A stretch of 63,220 nucleotides of DNA, the filler included, from Cercozoa sp. M6MM (taxonomy: Eukaryota; Protista; Endomyxa: Ascetosporea), in assembly GCA_040357565.1 (NCBI GenBank). It is 11 parts of 11 records of this genome, joined end to end, with 100 filler letters (N's around TTAATTAATTAA, not from the genome) between each part and the next. Parts side by side here need not be neighbours in the genome. Positions count along the whole stretch, not along the records: positions 47,612 to 52,306 come from JBDODJ010001076.1; positions 52,407 to 58,897 come from JBDODJ010000730.1; positions 58,998 to 60,114 come from JBDODJ010002163.1; positions 60,215 to 63,220 come from JBDODJ010001655.1; 7 more parts are not named here. One strand, 5' to 3'. The notes beneath the pieces are model-generated. The model made no database searches, had not been told where the DNA came from, and saw only the letters and a program-made list of their open reading frames with translations. Shown piece by piece: positions 51,791 to 63,220 of this stretch; within the stretch, counting starts at the first letter, position 1, and each line of letters starts with the position of its first letter. Position numbers and translations under genes: made by a program.

Positions 51791-51928
51791 TGTTACCGCA
51801 GCCCTCTTAGGTAGGGGGCCTTAATAAATTGAGGGTACTTTGCAGTGATGCAAAAAAAAATATGGAACGTAAGAAAGTTGGTTCTTGGAGGGAGCTTCCG
51901 CGCGGATACAGTAGTTCATGCTGTAACA
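51791..51928. mobile_element. Family A element, internally deleted copy (138 bp)
   Basis: TGTTACCGCAGCCCTCT...taaattgagggtactttgc.agtgatgcaaaaaaa...ggaacgta.gaaag joined to gcttccgcgcggatac.agtag.tcatgctGTAACA. It matches both ends of 845-1335; no TSD. Confidence 0.8.
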
Positions 51929-52014
51929 CGACACAAGTCTGTTGCAGAGAAATCTTGAGAGTGTGCGAATGTCTGCGATCGATGCTGAGGAACTGAACAC
52001 TGCCTGAATTAACT

Positions 52015-52306
52015 TCAACCGACTGACATCGCGCGTGGGCCGCGCTGTGCCCGCACACGGCGAGGCGGAGACTCATCGTTGTCTTTGTCCCTGGAGGTCC
52101 ACGACAGGTCGGCGGCCAGCAGCAAGTGGTCGCTGCCAAAGCAGCCGCGCGGAAGGCCGGGTCGCAGAGCCTGCTGCGTGGGCGGCAAGCGCGCTGCCAC
52201 CACGCGCAGTTCCGGCGATCGAAACTGCCAGCACCAACAAGAGTGCGGGGGGGGGGGACTGCATGCCTCAAATATGATCAACATGACATACGATGTAATC
52301 GACGCG
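52015..52306 (-). CDS. C-terminus of an endonuclease/exonuclease/phosphatase (CCR4/PDE12/angel-like) protein (5' truncated)
   Basis: RVDYI|FRSPELRVV...GLPRGCFGSDHLLLAADL contains the DYI and SDH EEP motifs. Confidence 0.7.
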
Positions 52307-52424
52307 NNNNNNNNNNNNNNNNNNNNNNNNNNNNNNNNNNNNNNNNNNNNTTAATTAATTAANNNNNNNNNNNNNNNNNNNNNNNNNNNNNNNNNNNNNN
52401 NNNNNNCGGGGGGGGGGTAAATAC

Positions 52425-53834
52425 CGACGGAGCCGTCTCCGTGGCAGACTGTTGCGTGAGGTGTCGCAGCGACTTGCCCGTGTCTCGTTCCACATCTGGG
52501 GGATGGGTAAAGGAGGTAAAGGGGGGTAAAGGGCGGAAAAGGGGGTAAGTGTGTAAGAGGGAGGTAGGTAGGGCGAAGAGGGTAGGTGGGTAAAACTACC
52601 GCCAGTCAGCGCCTGCAGTTCCTGAACCTTGGATTCCAAAAGTCGCTTGTTGCGCTCGTAATTCTTCATCTGTGAAAATACAAAAAAAATCTCGGTCAGA
52701 CAAATACGAGAAAACGACCGTCCCCGCGCAAGTCAGACCAAAACAAGAAACGCCACCTCAGCGAGCGACGGCGCCGGATTCTTTTCGAACTCGCGAATCA
52801 TGTCGTGGAACTTTTGGATCTATACACATGGGAGTAAAGGGGGGTAAGGGAGGTAGGGGCAAGGGGGTAGGGGGCAAGGGGTAGGGAGCAAGGGGGCAGG
52901 GAGCAAGGGGGTAGGGGGGCAAGGGGAGTAAACACCTCATAGGTGAGCATCTCGTGTCGCTGTCGCAGCTGGTACTCGGCTTTCTTCTGCGCACTCATCG
53001 AGGCCAACACCTCGTCCGGCGTCTTGCTGTGGGGGGGGGGGGGGGGCAGCCAAAACAAACCCGCGGGAAAACAGGGGGGAAAAAGGCCTACGCGGACGCG
53101 TTGATAATGTGCGGTGCGTCATCCGGCGAGTTGATTTCGAAACCGTTTGTCCTAATGGAGGGTAAAGGGATAAAGAGTGGAGTAAATGGCGAAAAAATGT
53201 CAAGTCACTGCCTGGCCGCCTCGTCTTGCGCACTCAAGTCATTGACAACCTCTTCCTGTCCGCGCGGAAGCTTCCTTTTCGACCGGAAAGACACCAGAAA
53301 AAACTACCCAGTCAAAGCCGGCATTCTCGTCACCGGTATCGTCAATCTGCATGAGGATAAAAGGGGGGTAAAAGGGAGGTAAAAGTTCAAGGGTAGGGTG
53401 TAAGGGGTAGGGGGTAAGAGTAGGAGTAAGGGTAGGAGTAAAGGGCTACGTGTCGCGGGAACTGTCCAACGGCGGTCTGATCGGGTGTGAAGGGTGTGTA
53501 CTCGCCCACGTACTCCAACTCGTCGTTCCAGCGTCGAATGCCGCCTTCCATCACGCTCACGTCCTCCCAGCCGGCCTACCAGGGGGGGTAAAGGGTGGGA
53601 GAGGGGGGAGGTAAAACAAGACGCACCTGCTGCATGCGACGCGCCACCCACATGGCGCGTTTCTGGTTGTGCGACATCACGATCACTGGTCTGTCGCGAG
53701 GGGTAAAGTGGTCGGAGGGTAGGAGAAGAAATAAAGTACGCCGACACATCGTTGGCAACACTGGGATCGAAACCTTCCAACACCTGCACAAACACGCACA
53801 TCCATACAACAATTAACACACGCACAAGAATCAC

Positions 53835-53886
<52 letters not shown>

Positions 53887-54422
53887 CCTGCACGTCCTCG
53901 AACGTGTTGCCGCAGCACATTTGTGCCGCCGGCGAGTACCACTGCAAGAAACGCCACAACGCAAAATGTCAGAACAAAAAGAAACAAAAAAAAAACAAGA
54001 AACAGTTCAACACACGACAGAAAACGGCGTCTGAAGCACGCCATCGAATCGCAGTTCCGCCAGCGCATACTCAGCTCTAAACATTACGATTCCGTTTTCT
54101 GAATCCACGCGGACGCAGAAAACGTAACTCACCGATCACGCACGTCAAGAATCACCGTGCCTTGCGAGTGCACATGCCCCTCGTCCACCTACGAGTCACC
54201 GCTAGTGACCCCACACGATTCAAAAACAAATTAAAACTACCAGATCGGCGACTTCCTGTGGAGTCAGAAGTTTTAGGCCCGTGTGCGCGTCCACCGAAAC
54301 CTGTATACAGCCAAGAAAATACAATAAAACAAAATTATCGCTCTGCGCGTCGCATTCGAACATTGAGATTAATTTACGAACTTAGCGCCCGCGCGACGCG
54401 ACAAGGCAAGTCTACGCAGCAT
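52425..54422 (-). CDS. Rhodanese-domain protein with mitochondrial-type presequence and coiled-coil C-terminal extension (3' truncated)
   Basis: MLRRLALSRRAGAKF...LTPQEVADL...VILDVRDRAEY...RPVIVMSHNQKRAMWVARRMQQAGWEDVSVMEGGIRRW. Confidence 0.7.
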
Positions 54423-55085
54423 TCACACACGCCTACACACGTTGTGCAGTCTTGGTATATTCGTCTTGATTCAGGCAGGTGAGCCGGAATCTGCAGCGCA
54501 GCGACAAATCTCCCAACCTGATACTGCACGGCAGATAGGAGCACTAAAACGGAAAACTTAATCGGTTTAGTTTATGTGTCCAAAAAACTAAGGCCTAAGG
54601 CACAGCAAGAAATGGCGACATTTATTCTGATTGCACTTTTGTGACCATTCGCCTAGATTGTTTGTTTGTCGTGTAACACGCCCATCCCTGAGGCCATCAC
54701 AGGGCCTGAACGGTGGCCAATGGGGATGACATCGGCGATTGCAAGGGAGCAGCTGTTTACTGCTGCGTATATTTCTATGTCTCATATGCTTGCCGAAGCT
54801 GTACATGCTCACAATCATTGTAGGGTATTATCTGGGTTACGACGAGGACGAATGCCTCGGTCCGGCACTCGGGCTTGAGTTCGTCGACGAGTGCTGGCTG
54901 AGCTGATCAGGAATCACACCCGATTGCTTGGCTGTCGAGTCAACAATAACGGATTCTGTTGACTCGCAGTCGACTGCCTGTACGAATGCGTAGCCGCCTG
55001 CGCTCCAAGGCGGATGCATTGCTAGTTTGCTGCTCTTGCTGCACCTGCCCAGCAGTACGGTAACGTAGGTCACTAATTGGTTGGG

Positions 55086-55356
55086 GCTGCCATGGCATAT
55101 CTAAGTTGAGATATCTATCTAGTAATTTGTAATCATAACACGGGCTCCGTCTAGATCTAACCTGCTTTAGTTCAGTTTAGTACCTGCTGTCAGTACTGGA
55201 ACTAAAATCCTCAATACAGCAAGCTACCGCAACCCGACTGCTGGACACACATTACCCCAACAGAACAGCTGAGTTTCATTTTAAATATTTTAAAATTTGG
55301 GCAGTCGGCAACCCAGCAAGCACGACTAGATAGATATCTAGGTATGCCATGGCAGC
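55086..55356. mobile_element. MITE-like inverted-repeat element (~270 bp)
   Basis: GCTGCCATGGCATA.CTA...AGATATCTATCTAGT at 55086-55123 is mirrored by ACTAGATAGATATCTAGGTATGCCATGGCAGC at 55325-55356. No TSD identified. Confidence 0.55.
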
Positions 55357-56095
55357 GCAAAACATGATTTATAATTTGGAATCGCTATCTACAGAGTTAC
55401 TAGTCACTCTCTCCCCTTGGCATTGTTTTGGAGAAACGCGCGCAAAAATGAATAAAAATGTGCGCTTGGTTTCGGTGGGCGTGACAGCGCTTTTGGAGGT
55501 GCCACAGAGGCCAAACACGTGATTTTAGTCACTCCAACCGTGTGCTCGTATCTAACTAAGCGATGTCCTTGCTTTGGAGCCTGACCGGGCGTGTTTCGCG
55601 GCCGCACCTCGTGAAAGCGTAGTGTTTTAGACCACCCCACATCTGCGCATGATGAAGTTCTCCGAGGTTGCAACTGCTACTGTAGCCAAAATACGAATTT
55701 TCGAAAAAGTTCTGTGACTTGCGTGCGGCCCCCGCAGCACTTACGATAACTTACATGTTGTGGATTTGTTCCGTGTTTCGACAAACAACGAGCCATCAGA
55801 GACTTCTGTCTTTCACCCAAAACAATGGTATTGATATGTTTTTCGTCTGTTCAGCGGCGCGGCGCGGTTCGCATGCCTCCCCTGTGAGTGCTCTTGGTGC
55901 CGCCGTGATTAGTTTTGGATCAGTTTTGTGCAAGTTTGTGCCGTTTTTGAGACACATCTCAAAGAGTTTCCAGAGCGAGTTTTGTGTTTTTTTGTTTTTG
56001 TTTTTTGTTTTCGTGTGTTTATTTTTTGTGTTTTATGCCAACAATGAATGAATGAATGAAACGAGTGTTGTGGAGAGCAGACGATACTTAGCAAG

Positions 56096-56794
56096 ATGCT
56101 GAAGCGCCGCCGTCAGGCGCAAGAAGAGCGACGTCCCAAGCAGCCGCAGCAGCAGGCCATGCTGGGACTGGGCGATACCATGCCTCCGTCGGTGCTGCAC
56201 GAGGCGAGCGAGCGCGAGCACGAGCTGCTGCTTCTGCTGGGCGATGACGAGGCGGCCCGCGACGCCGCGGCCACGCAACAGGAACGCATTCTCGAACGCG
56301 GCTGCTCGTTCGAGGAGGCTTGGCAGCGTCGCCAGCAACAAGAGCAGCAGCGACGCCAGCGTGAGGTCGCGCTGAACGAGCGAGCTGCCCGTCACTTGGA
56401 CAATCGGTACCTGGACTGCAAGGTGCTGCACCAAGGTCGTGTGTGGCACTTGCGCTTTGACGTGCAAGGCATCGCTGACTTCATTCGGACGCACCTGCAC
56501 CTGCGCGACATGGCGCGACTGCGTCGTCCCTCGCGCTTCTGGAGTTAGCGACTACGACTAGACTACTCTACTCGACGGTAGTGCCTTTGCTTTTGCTGTG
56601 TGTTGTGCAACGCAAGTGTGTTTGTTGCGTGCGCATGTGTGTGTTTTGTCACTGTTGCTGCTGTGAAGGCGACACTCGCAGGCGATTTTGGGATGAGCGT
56701 CCCCGTTCCTGTCCCCCCCCCCCCGCCAGCTTTCGAGAATCAGACGGCTGTGCGGAAGTGTAACAATAGCTATCATATCATTCACGTCAACTGA
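56096..56794 (+). CDS. Hypothetical protein with an F-box-like motif near the C-terminus
   Basis: IADFIRTHLHLRDMARLRRPSRFW resembles an F-box. The protein either stops at 56548 or continues via a GTTAGC...GCAG intron to 56794. Confidence 0.5.
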
Positions 56795-57577
56795 TTCGAT
56801 TCAGATCAGTGTTCAGTTCTACTTAATTACAGATGCTTTCCCTGTATCAATCATCAAAAGTTACTGTACTATTGATACCAGCAATTCAATTGAGTGACTA
56901 CCGTACGCATACAAGCGATGTAAGTTTATTATTAAAGACTGCAGGTTTTTTTTTTGCCCCGGAAGACTTAGACCCCACTAACCGTGGCCATCGTTCTGTG
57001 GATACGCAAGAAACGGGTTATGTTCCATATGCAGTGTAAATTACGTTGTCGTCTTTCCGAGACGGCAGTCGGATTGTCATTAATCGTTGACGGCTTTACC
57101 CCGCAGTCAGTGCAACACTGGGGTGCTTAGTTCCACACGAAATCGCAAAGTGCATCCTTCGCTACGGATAGATCTGCTGGCCGACTACGACGCGCATGAC
57201 TTGTCTTAAATGTCCAGTCAGTACAGTTACCTCCAGTGGCAATGTCACCCCGCTGGAGTACAAAGAAGTTAGTTCCTCTCAATTTTCTAGTCCTGAGGTG
57301 GGTCATAGGCGCCTAGACGCAGTCTACGACCACTGCAAGTCCCCTTTTGAAGTTCCCCGGCTTAGTTATTCCAGGTTGGTGCAGGCGGCGAAATAGAGTC
57401 CTCGTCTGATGTGAACGAATAGGTTGAACTAGCTTATGGTCAAGCCAACCATTGAGACATCATGCTACTTTAAATCATGCACTGCACAACGAATGGTAGA
57501 CGGGGCGTCCGCTGATGGACAGCGCGAATTGACGCTCCCAGTCTAAACCGACGAAAACTGTACCAAGTCGCGTCGGG

Positions 57578-57647
57578 TCAATACTCTGAGTCCGTCGGCG
57601 GTGCAACAAAGTACTGGTGCAGTAGTTGCTGGAGTCGTTCCACCTAC

Positions 57648-57697
<50 letters not shown>

Positions 57698-57707
57698 NNN
57701 NNNNNNN

Positions 57708-57756
<49 letters not shown>

Positions 57757-58786
57757 CGATATGAAAGGAACAGGCACAAGGGCAGCGGAGACAGAGAAGG
57801 GAGGCCTACGTGACGCATGCGCGTGAGGTGGCCGCCAAAGGCACAGCGCACAACATAGTGCCCGTCAATCACCGTGTGCGTCTAATTCGATCATATCTTG
57901 TAGATATCTCTATTTGATTAAGGGAACGACGATTGAGGTCGACTGTACCAGCCAGGTCTCGCCCGACGCGTTCAGTGCGGCGAGTTGACGCCGATCAAAG
58001 TCGCTGCCGCGTTTGCTTCGGAAGCACTGTCACAGGCGTGAGGGAAGTAAGGGTGTAAAGGGGTAGGGGGTAAGGGGTAAGGGTAAGGAATAAAGGGGTA
58101 ATGGATGAGCGGGGTCAGGGGTAAAGGGGTAAGGGCGTAAAGGGTAAGGGTGAGGGGTAAAGGTAAGGGTAAGGGGTAAAAAGGGGTAAGGATGTAAGCG
58201 GGTAAGGGGTAAGGGGAGTAAAAGCTACCACGAGACCGAACTGACGCGGTTCGCCAACGATCTCAAAGTCGTTTTCGCCTGCTCAAAAATACAGGAGTAA
58301 AAGGGCACTCGAAACCTGGCCGTAGCTTAAAGGGTAAGGGGGGTAAGGGAGATAAAACTACGCAGCCAGTTTTCGAGTGCCTCGGCGTGTCTCAACGCAC
58401 GTCGCACGTGTTCACGCACACCCTCCTTGCCGTAGCTACATACGCAGAGGGTAGATGAAGGGGTAGAAAAGGGAACAAATGGTTTAATACCCACGCAGCA
58501 TGAACCACAACTTGAGAGCTCGGAAGCGACGTCCTAGCGGTCTTATTAAATGGGAAGGGTAAAGGGGGCAACGAGGGGTAGGGAATGCACTAGTACACTT
58601 GCAAATCGCGGTAGTCGATGACCTCGCCTAGAGTAGCATAGGTATACATTGAGTAGGTATATAGTTTGAGAGGTAGGTAAGTAAGTAGGTAGGTATGTAG
58701 GTAGGCAGGTAGGTGATAGGTAGGTACCCGAGTCAGTGGCCTTGTTGCGTAAGTACTCTGGCGTCAGCGACAGTGCACGCTCAAGT
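57578..58786 (-). CDS. Group II PLP-dependent aromatic L-amino-acid (tyrosine/DOPA/tryptophan) decarboxylase, 3' part
   Basis: ALSLTPEYLRNKATDSGEVIDYRDLQ..LGRRFRALKLWFMLRSYG...FEIV...FGLVCFR...LNASGETWLTHTVIDGHYVVRCAFG. Confidence 0.9.
58045..58225. repeat. GGGGTAA/GGGTAA degenerate repeat filling an intron of the decarboxylase gene
   Basis: Example of the TTACCCC-type intron. Similar tracts at 1-120, 22385-22515, 52825-52935, 53360-53445, 61195-61300 and 62795-62972. Confidence 0.85.
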
Positions 58787-58796
58787 CTGCGTACAC

Positions 58797-58897
<101 letters not shown>

Positions 58898-58997
58898 NNN
58901 NNNNNNNNNNNNNNNNNNNNNNNNNNNNNNNNNNNNNNNNNTTAATTAATTAANNNNNNNNNNNNNNNNNNNNNNNNNNNNNNNNNNNNNNNNNNNN

Positions 58998-59048
<51 letters not shown>

Positions 59049-59096
59049 CACGCACGCACACGCACACAGCAATGTTTATAATGTATATGTGGGCAG

Positions 59097-59185
59097 AGGT
59101 GATTGAGGAGACGCGAAAACTGTTCGAGCAGCTCGACATTACCGAAGTCAAGATGGAGGACGATGAGGAAAAGAGCGAAGAGTAA
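59097..59185 (+). CDS. Terminal exon fragment, acidic
   Basis: EVIEETRKLFEQLDITEVKMEDDEEKSEE* after a gcag acceptor. Confidence 0.45.
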
Positions 59186-59607
59186 GTCTCAGACCTGCAC
59201 CAGTTGACGGGCGTGACGGTTACCCGAAATAGCCATCTGGCGACGAGGTGGTATGCAGGGGAACTACTTAGTTGGTTTCAGACTAGACTCAACAAACTAA
59301 CTACCTTAAATTACCGGTGCCCAAATCTTAACTGTTACGAATACCAGCAAGAACCAGCCTAATATTTCGATTATAGTGTTACGTTTAGGTCCTCTAGTGA
59401 TACGATTTAAGGGCCAAAAAGTTACGATTACAGGGTAGTTCCCATATGCTAGTCCGGTCGGAGTCCCAGGCGTGCCAATCAATTGAACCCTGCGATGCAT
59501 TTGATTGCAGACTAGTATGAATCACGGAACCCAAAATTTGTGACGGTCGGGTGCGATGCGCATGAATTCAGCTCGACGGCAGCCCGGCCGCAAATTCAGA
59601 GATGCGC

Positions 59608-60065
59608 TTAGTAGTCGGAGACATAAACATCGGATTCGGAGTCGGATTCGTCCTCCGAGTCTTGCTGCTCGTTCGCGTTGTCGTCCTCCTGCAGTGGCGT
59701 TTCTTGTGTCTCCTGTTGACTGACGGAGGAATCGCTGTTTTTGCTGTTGTTGCTGGCGTTGTTGAAGGCAGTCAGCACGTCATCGCCCTCGCCAAAGAGC
59801 ATCGCATCGAACGATGTCGGCACCTGGCGCGGCAGCTGCGAACAAACAGAACATGCACGCACGCGCTTGACACTGAAAGAAACCGTTGTTGCAAAAAGAC
59901 CAGAGGCTGTGAAAGCAAGTGCTTGAGGTTGCCGGTGGCGCCCTTGATGCGTTTCTCGTGCTGCCGCTTCTCGGCTTGTCGCTGCTGCACCTGGCGTGCG
60001 AGGTCGCCTTCCAGTTCGAGACCGGCGTCGTGCGCCATGCGGTCGACCCAAGAGGCATCGCGGCC

Positions 60066-60066
<1 letters not shown>
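59608..60066 (-). CDS. C-terminal tail of a DDX24/MAK5-like DEAD-box helicase (5' truncated)
   Basis: SWVDRMAHDAGLELE...KRIKGATGNLKHLLSQPL resembles the DDX24/Mak5 tail pattern (SW...A..LEIEL...LRHLLSQPL). The helicase core is not in the contig. Confidence 0.55.
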
Positions 60067-60114
<48 letters not shown>

Positions 60115-60214
60115 NNNNNNNNNNNNNNNNNNNNNNNNNNNNNNNNNNNNNNNNNNNNTTAATTAATTAANNNNNNNNNNNNNNNNNNNNNNNNNNNNNN
60201 NNNNNNNNNNNNNN

Positions 60215-60260
<46 letters not shown>

Positions 60261-60263
60261 TAC

Positions 60264-61939
60264 CATGCTCGCTGCTGGCGCTGCCGGAGGCCTCGGACTG
60301 CGAGCGCTGCGACGACGCCGACGACGTCGCCGAAGACGACGACAACGACAACTGCAGCGGCGGCACCGTGAACTCCGTGTCGTCCATGTCGTCGCTCGGC
60401 AACGGAAAACGCACCAACGTCACTGTCTGCACATCTCGCGCATGAGACTTAAAGGAGCAAAAGTGACTGGCAAGCCTTCTACCGGATTGAAGCGATGGTC
60501 TGCTTTCAGTTCGAAACACGCCGGGTACTGCGAGCAGAACTACACACACACACATATATATATATATATGTATATATATATATTTATTTAATTATATACA
60601 TATATATATTTATTTATTCATATACGTATTTATTCATATATATATATATCTATTAATACTTATATATATATATTTATATGCAGATATATATATATATATA
60701 GATATATATATTTATTTATATATATTTTCACACATGTATCCCCTTAACCCCAAGACATAGCTCTTGATCCCTTAACTCCTACCTTCTTAAGGCCACCGAA
60801 GCGTTCCTTGAACATGCCGGGCAGTCCGTGGTGCCGCGTGTGCGCATGCAGCATCGTGCCGAGTCGGCCGATCGGAATTCCGCCTTCTGTGCAACACAAG
60901 GGTGGAAGGGTGAAGGAGTAGGAAGCATGGGGGGGAGTAAAGACTCACCATGCTTCTGCAGCACCTCGCAAATGAGCTGCACGAGTCTGCGCTGACTCGT
61001 GCGCTCGAACAGCGGCGGATCCGTGTCCTGCGCCGCTGAGGCCGTCGACTTGCGTGCTACACAAGGGGGTAACAAGGGAGGTAACAAGGAGGAGGGGTAA
61101 CAAGGGATGTAAAGACGCACCACGACGAGGCCGCGTGAGTCCGTTGAAACTGCTCCATCGAGCACGTGATTGAGCGGGCTGCACATACCCGAGGGGGGCA
61201 AAGGAATGGGGTTAATGGGAAAAGGAATGGGGTTAATGGGTAAAGGAATGGGGTTAATGGGAAAGGAATGGGGTTAATGGGAAAAGGAATGGGGTAAGGG
61301 CAAAAGAATGACATATTAAAGAGTAAAAGGACGGGCTACAAGAGAAGAGGCGTGCGCGAACGAGTGCGCACGCGTCGGCACGGAGACATCGTCCGCGGGG
61401 AAGGCGGCAGGCGCGTCCGCGCGGAAGGAGAGCGACGTGGCGCGCGACGGCGACGCCGCGGCCACGAGCGACACGCCGAGGTCGGCGCTGCCGCCCAGGT
61501 TCGTCACCGCTGTCTCCGACGCCGTCCTGCGCCACGACAGCACCTGCTCCGGGGGGGGGGGGGGTAAAGGGGGCAAGAGGAAGGTAAGAGGGGTTAAGAG
61601 AGGGGTAAAGGCTACGCTAGAGTCGCAGAGGTCGTGTCGCTGCGGCTGCAGCTGCGCGTGGAACGACTGGCGGTGCGACTGCTGCAGCAAGTGATCCTGC
61701 CGGTGACGGTGCGCCTGCTGATGATCATGACGGTGATGCTGATCGTGACGGTGATGCTGATGATCATGACGGTGATGCTGATCGTGACGGTGATGCTGAT
61801 GATCATGACGGTGCGACGGCGACTCGCCGAGTGACAGGTGCTCCAGCGAGTTCAGCGCCACCAGCGGCTGCAGCGTCGGCGACGGCAGCAGCGGATGCTC
61901 GTGCAGCGCCAGCGACGCCGAGCGCTCATGCTGGCCCAT
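60264..61939 (-). CDS. His/Gln-rich protein with a winged-helix LOTUS/OST-HTH-like domain (3' truncated)
   Basis: HRHDHQH repeats; [65 protein letters not shown]. Confidence 0.5.
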
Positions 61940-62339
61940 CCTTCCTGCACCACTCAAGTTAACTGGTACATCAATTGTGACACACACCACACACACGCGC
62001 GCGGAAGAAACGCACAAACGCACCCGGGTCTGCCTCGTGCACTCCAAGTGCAGTCGCTATTGTGCGAAAGCGGCGTCCACACACGAAATAAAAACTGCAC
62101 GACCCAACTAGTGCTGCCAAACTTGCACGAGCACCTGACAGAAGGACAAAACGAGGCGGATGACGAATGATCTCAAGATCTCGTTTCGTTCGGCCACCCG
62201 AGCCGGAGTTTCACCCGGCTCGGAGCCTGGAGCCCAACAGCAGCTATTGCTAGTTAGCGGCCCAGCAAGAACTACAATGTATTTAAATAGTTTAAGGCTT
62301 TGTTCATCACTCTAGAGGGTTGTGCGGTGCAGTTATTAT

Positions 62340-63208
62340 TTATTGCTTGGGATTCACGAGCACTCGCTTCAGCTCGCGCAGCGCCTGCGTGCACTGGTCG
62401 TCCAGTCCTGTGGAAGTACATGGAGTAACGAGTTAAGGGGGAGGGCCAGGGTCAGATAGGGCGCACCTCCAGTCTGCAGGCGTTGGTCCACGGCAGCTTT
62501 GAGACCTGCGAAGGATAAAAGTGGCTATTCTGGCTACAGTTAAGGGGGCACGAATAAAATCAGAGGTACCCAGAGAATGCGCCAGTTCGACAGCACTTTC
62601 GTTGCGGAACAACAGCGTCCCCGTTGCCACTAGAGAAGTAGGTAGGTGGGTACACATGATGGGAGGGGTCAGGAGGGAAGGGGGGGGTAGGGGGTATTAA
62701 GGAACTACCTGCCACCGTGTACAGCACCGACGCCACCTTCTCCGACAGCAGCGGTTCCGCCAGCAGCGACAGCGCCACCACCGCCGAGTCCTCTGGGGGT
62801 CAACAGGGCGGGTAAATAGGGGGGTAAATAGGGGGTAAATAGGGGGGTCAACAGGGGGGTAAATAGGGGGGTAAACAGGGGAGTAAACAGGGAGGTAACA
62901 GAGAGGTAACATGGGGGGTAAACAGGGGGGTAAACAGGGGGGTAAACAGGGGGGTAAACAGGGGGGTAAAACTACCCATCTCGTGCTGCCGCACCAGCGC
63001 GGCGGCATTCAACAAAAACGCCGCCGCCGACGCGCGCAACACGCGGTATTTCGGCTGCTCCGACTGCTCTCACAAACGCAGCCTTAACCAAAAAAGAGAG
63101 GCAACAACGCAGCCTTAACCAAAACTAAGAACCGACTACCTCGGCCAGTGTCGCCGACGCGAACGGTTCGCACAGCGCCACGGCGTCCAACGCCGCGTCC
63201 AGCTTCGC
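62340..63208 (-). CDS. C-terminal PUL-like armadillo domain (PLAA/Doa1/Ufd3-like), 5' truncated
   Basis: LRASAAAFLLNAA...EKVASVLYTVAVATGTLLF...CTQALRELKRVL resembles the terminal PUL helices. Confidence 0.5.
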
Positions 63209-63220
63209 CTGGGGGGGGGG

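Noticed and set aside
53153-53215. Possible GC-AG non-canonical intron in the rhodanese gene
   Set aside because: A GT donor 3 nt away keeps the frame equally well, so there is no evidence for a non-canonical site.

Overview
Eukaryotic (protist-type) nuclear DNA with the standard genetic code. It is not one locus: ten artificial 100-nt spacers (N-run, TTAATTAATTAA, N-run) join 11 small contigs. The sequence is gene-dense and very intron-rich, with short GT-AG introns mostly about 45-150 nt, so most ORF-track entries are exon fragments, intron read-throughs or antisense shadows. Manual splicing supports about 30 genes or gene fragments: a VPS9 GEF, a CUB-TSP1(x~11)-C-type-lectin protein, an NDUFAF7/MidA-type methyltransferase, a FAX/metaxin GST-fold protein, a 4-KH RNA-binding protein, a GT31 galactosyltransferase, a C2H2 transcription factor, a PIP5K, a BARD1-like RING protein, an S8 protease, a CEP104-like protein, TPPP/p25alpha, an FN3 type-I membrane protein, TRM10, a WW protein, a coiled-coil RING protein, an EEP nuclease, a rhodanese, an F-box-like protein, an aromatic amino-acid decarboxylase, a DDX24/MAK5-like tail and a PUL-domain (PLAA/Doa1-like) tail. 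The most unusual signals are non-coding. (1) Introns filled with TTACCCC/GGGGTAA-type or microsatellite repeats concentrate in the 3' parts of many genes, alongside degenerate GTAC-type donors. (2) A MITE with terminal inverted repeats and a target-site duplication has an interior made of the same GGGGTAA repeat. (3) TGTTAC...GTAACA solo-LTR-like elements sit mostly in gaps between convergent genes. All family calls are by motif recognition, not database search, and exon boundaries are manual.
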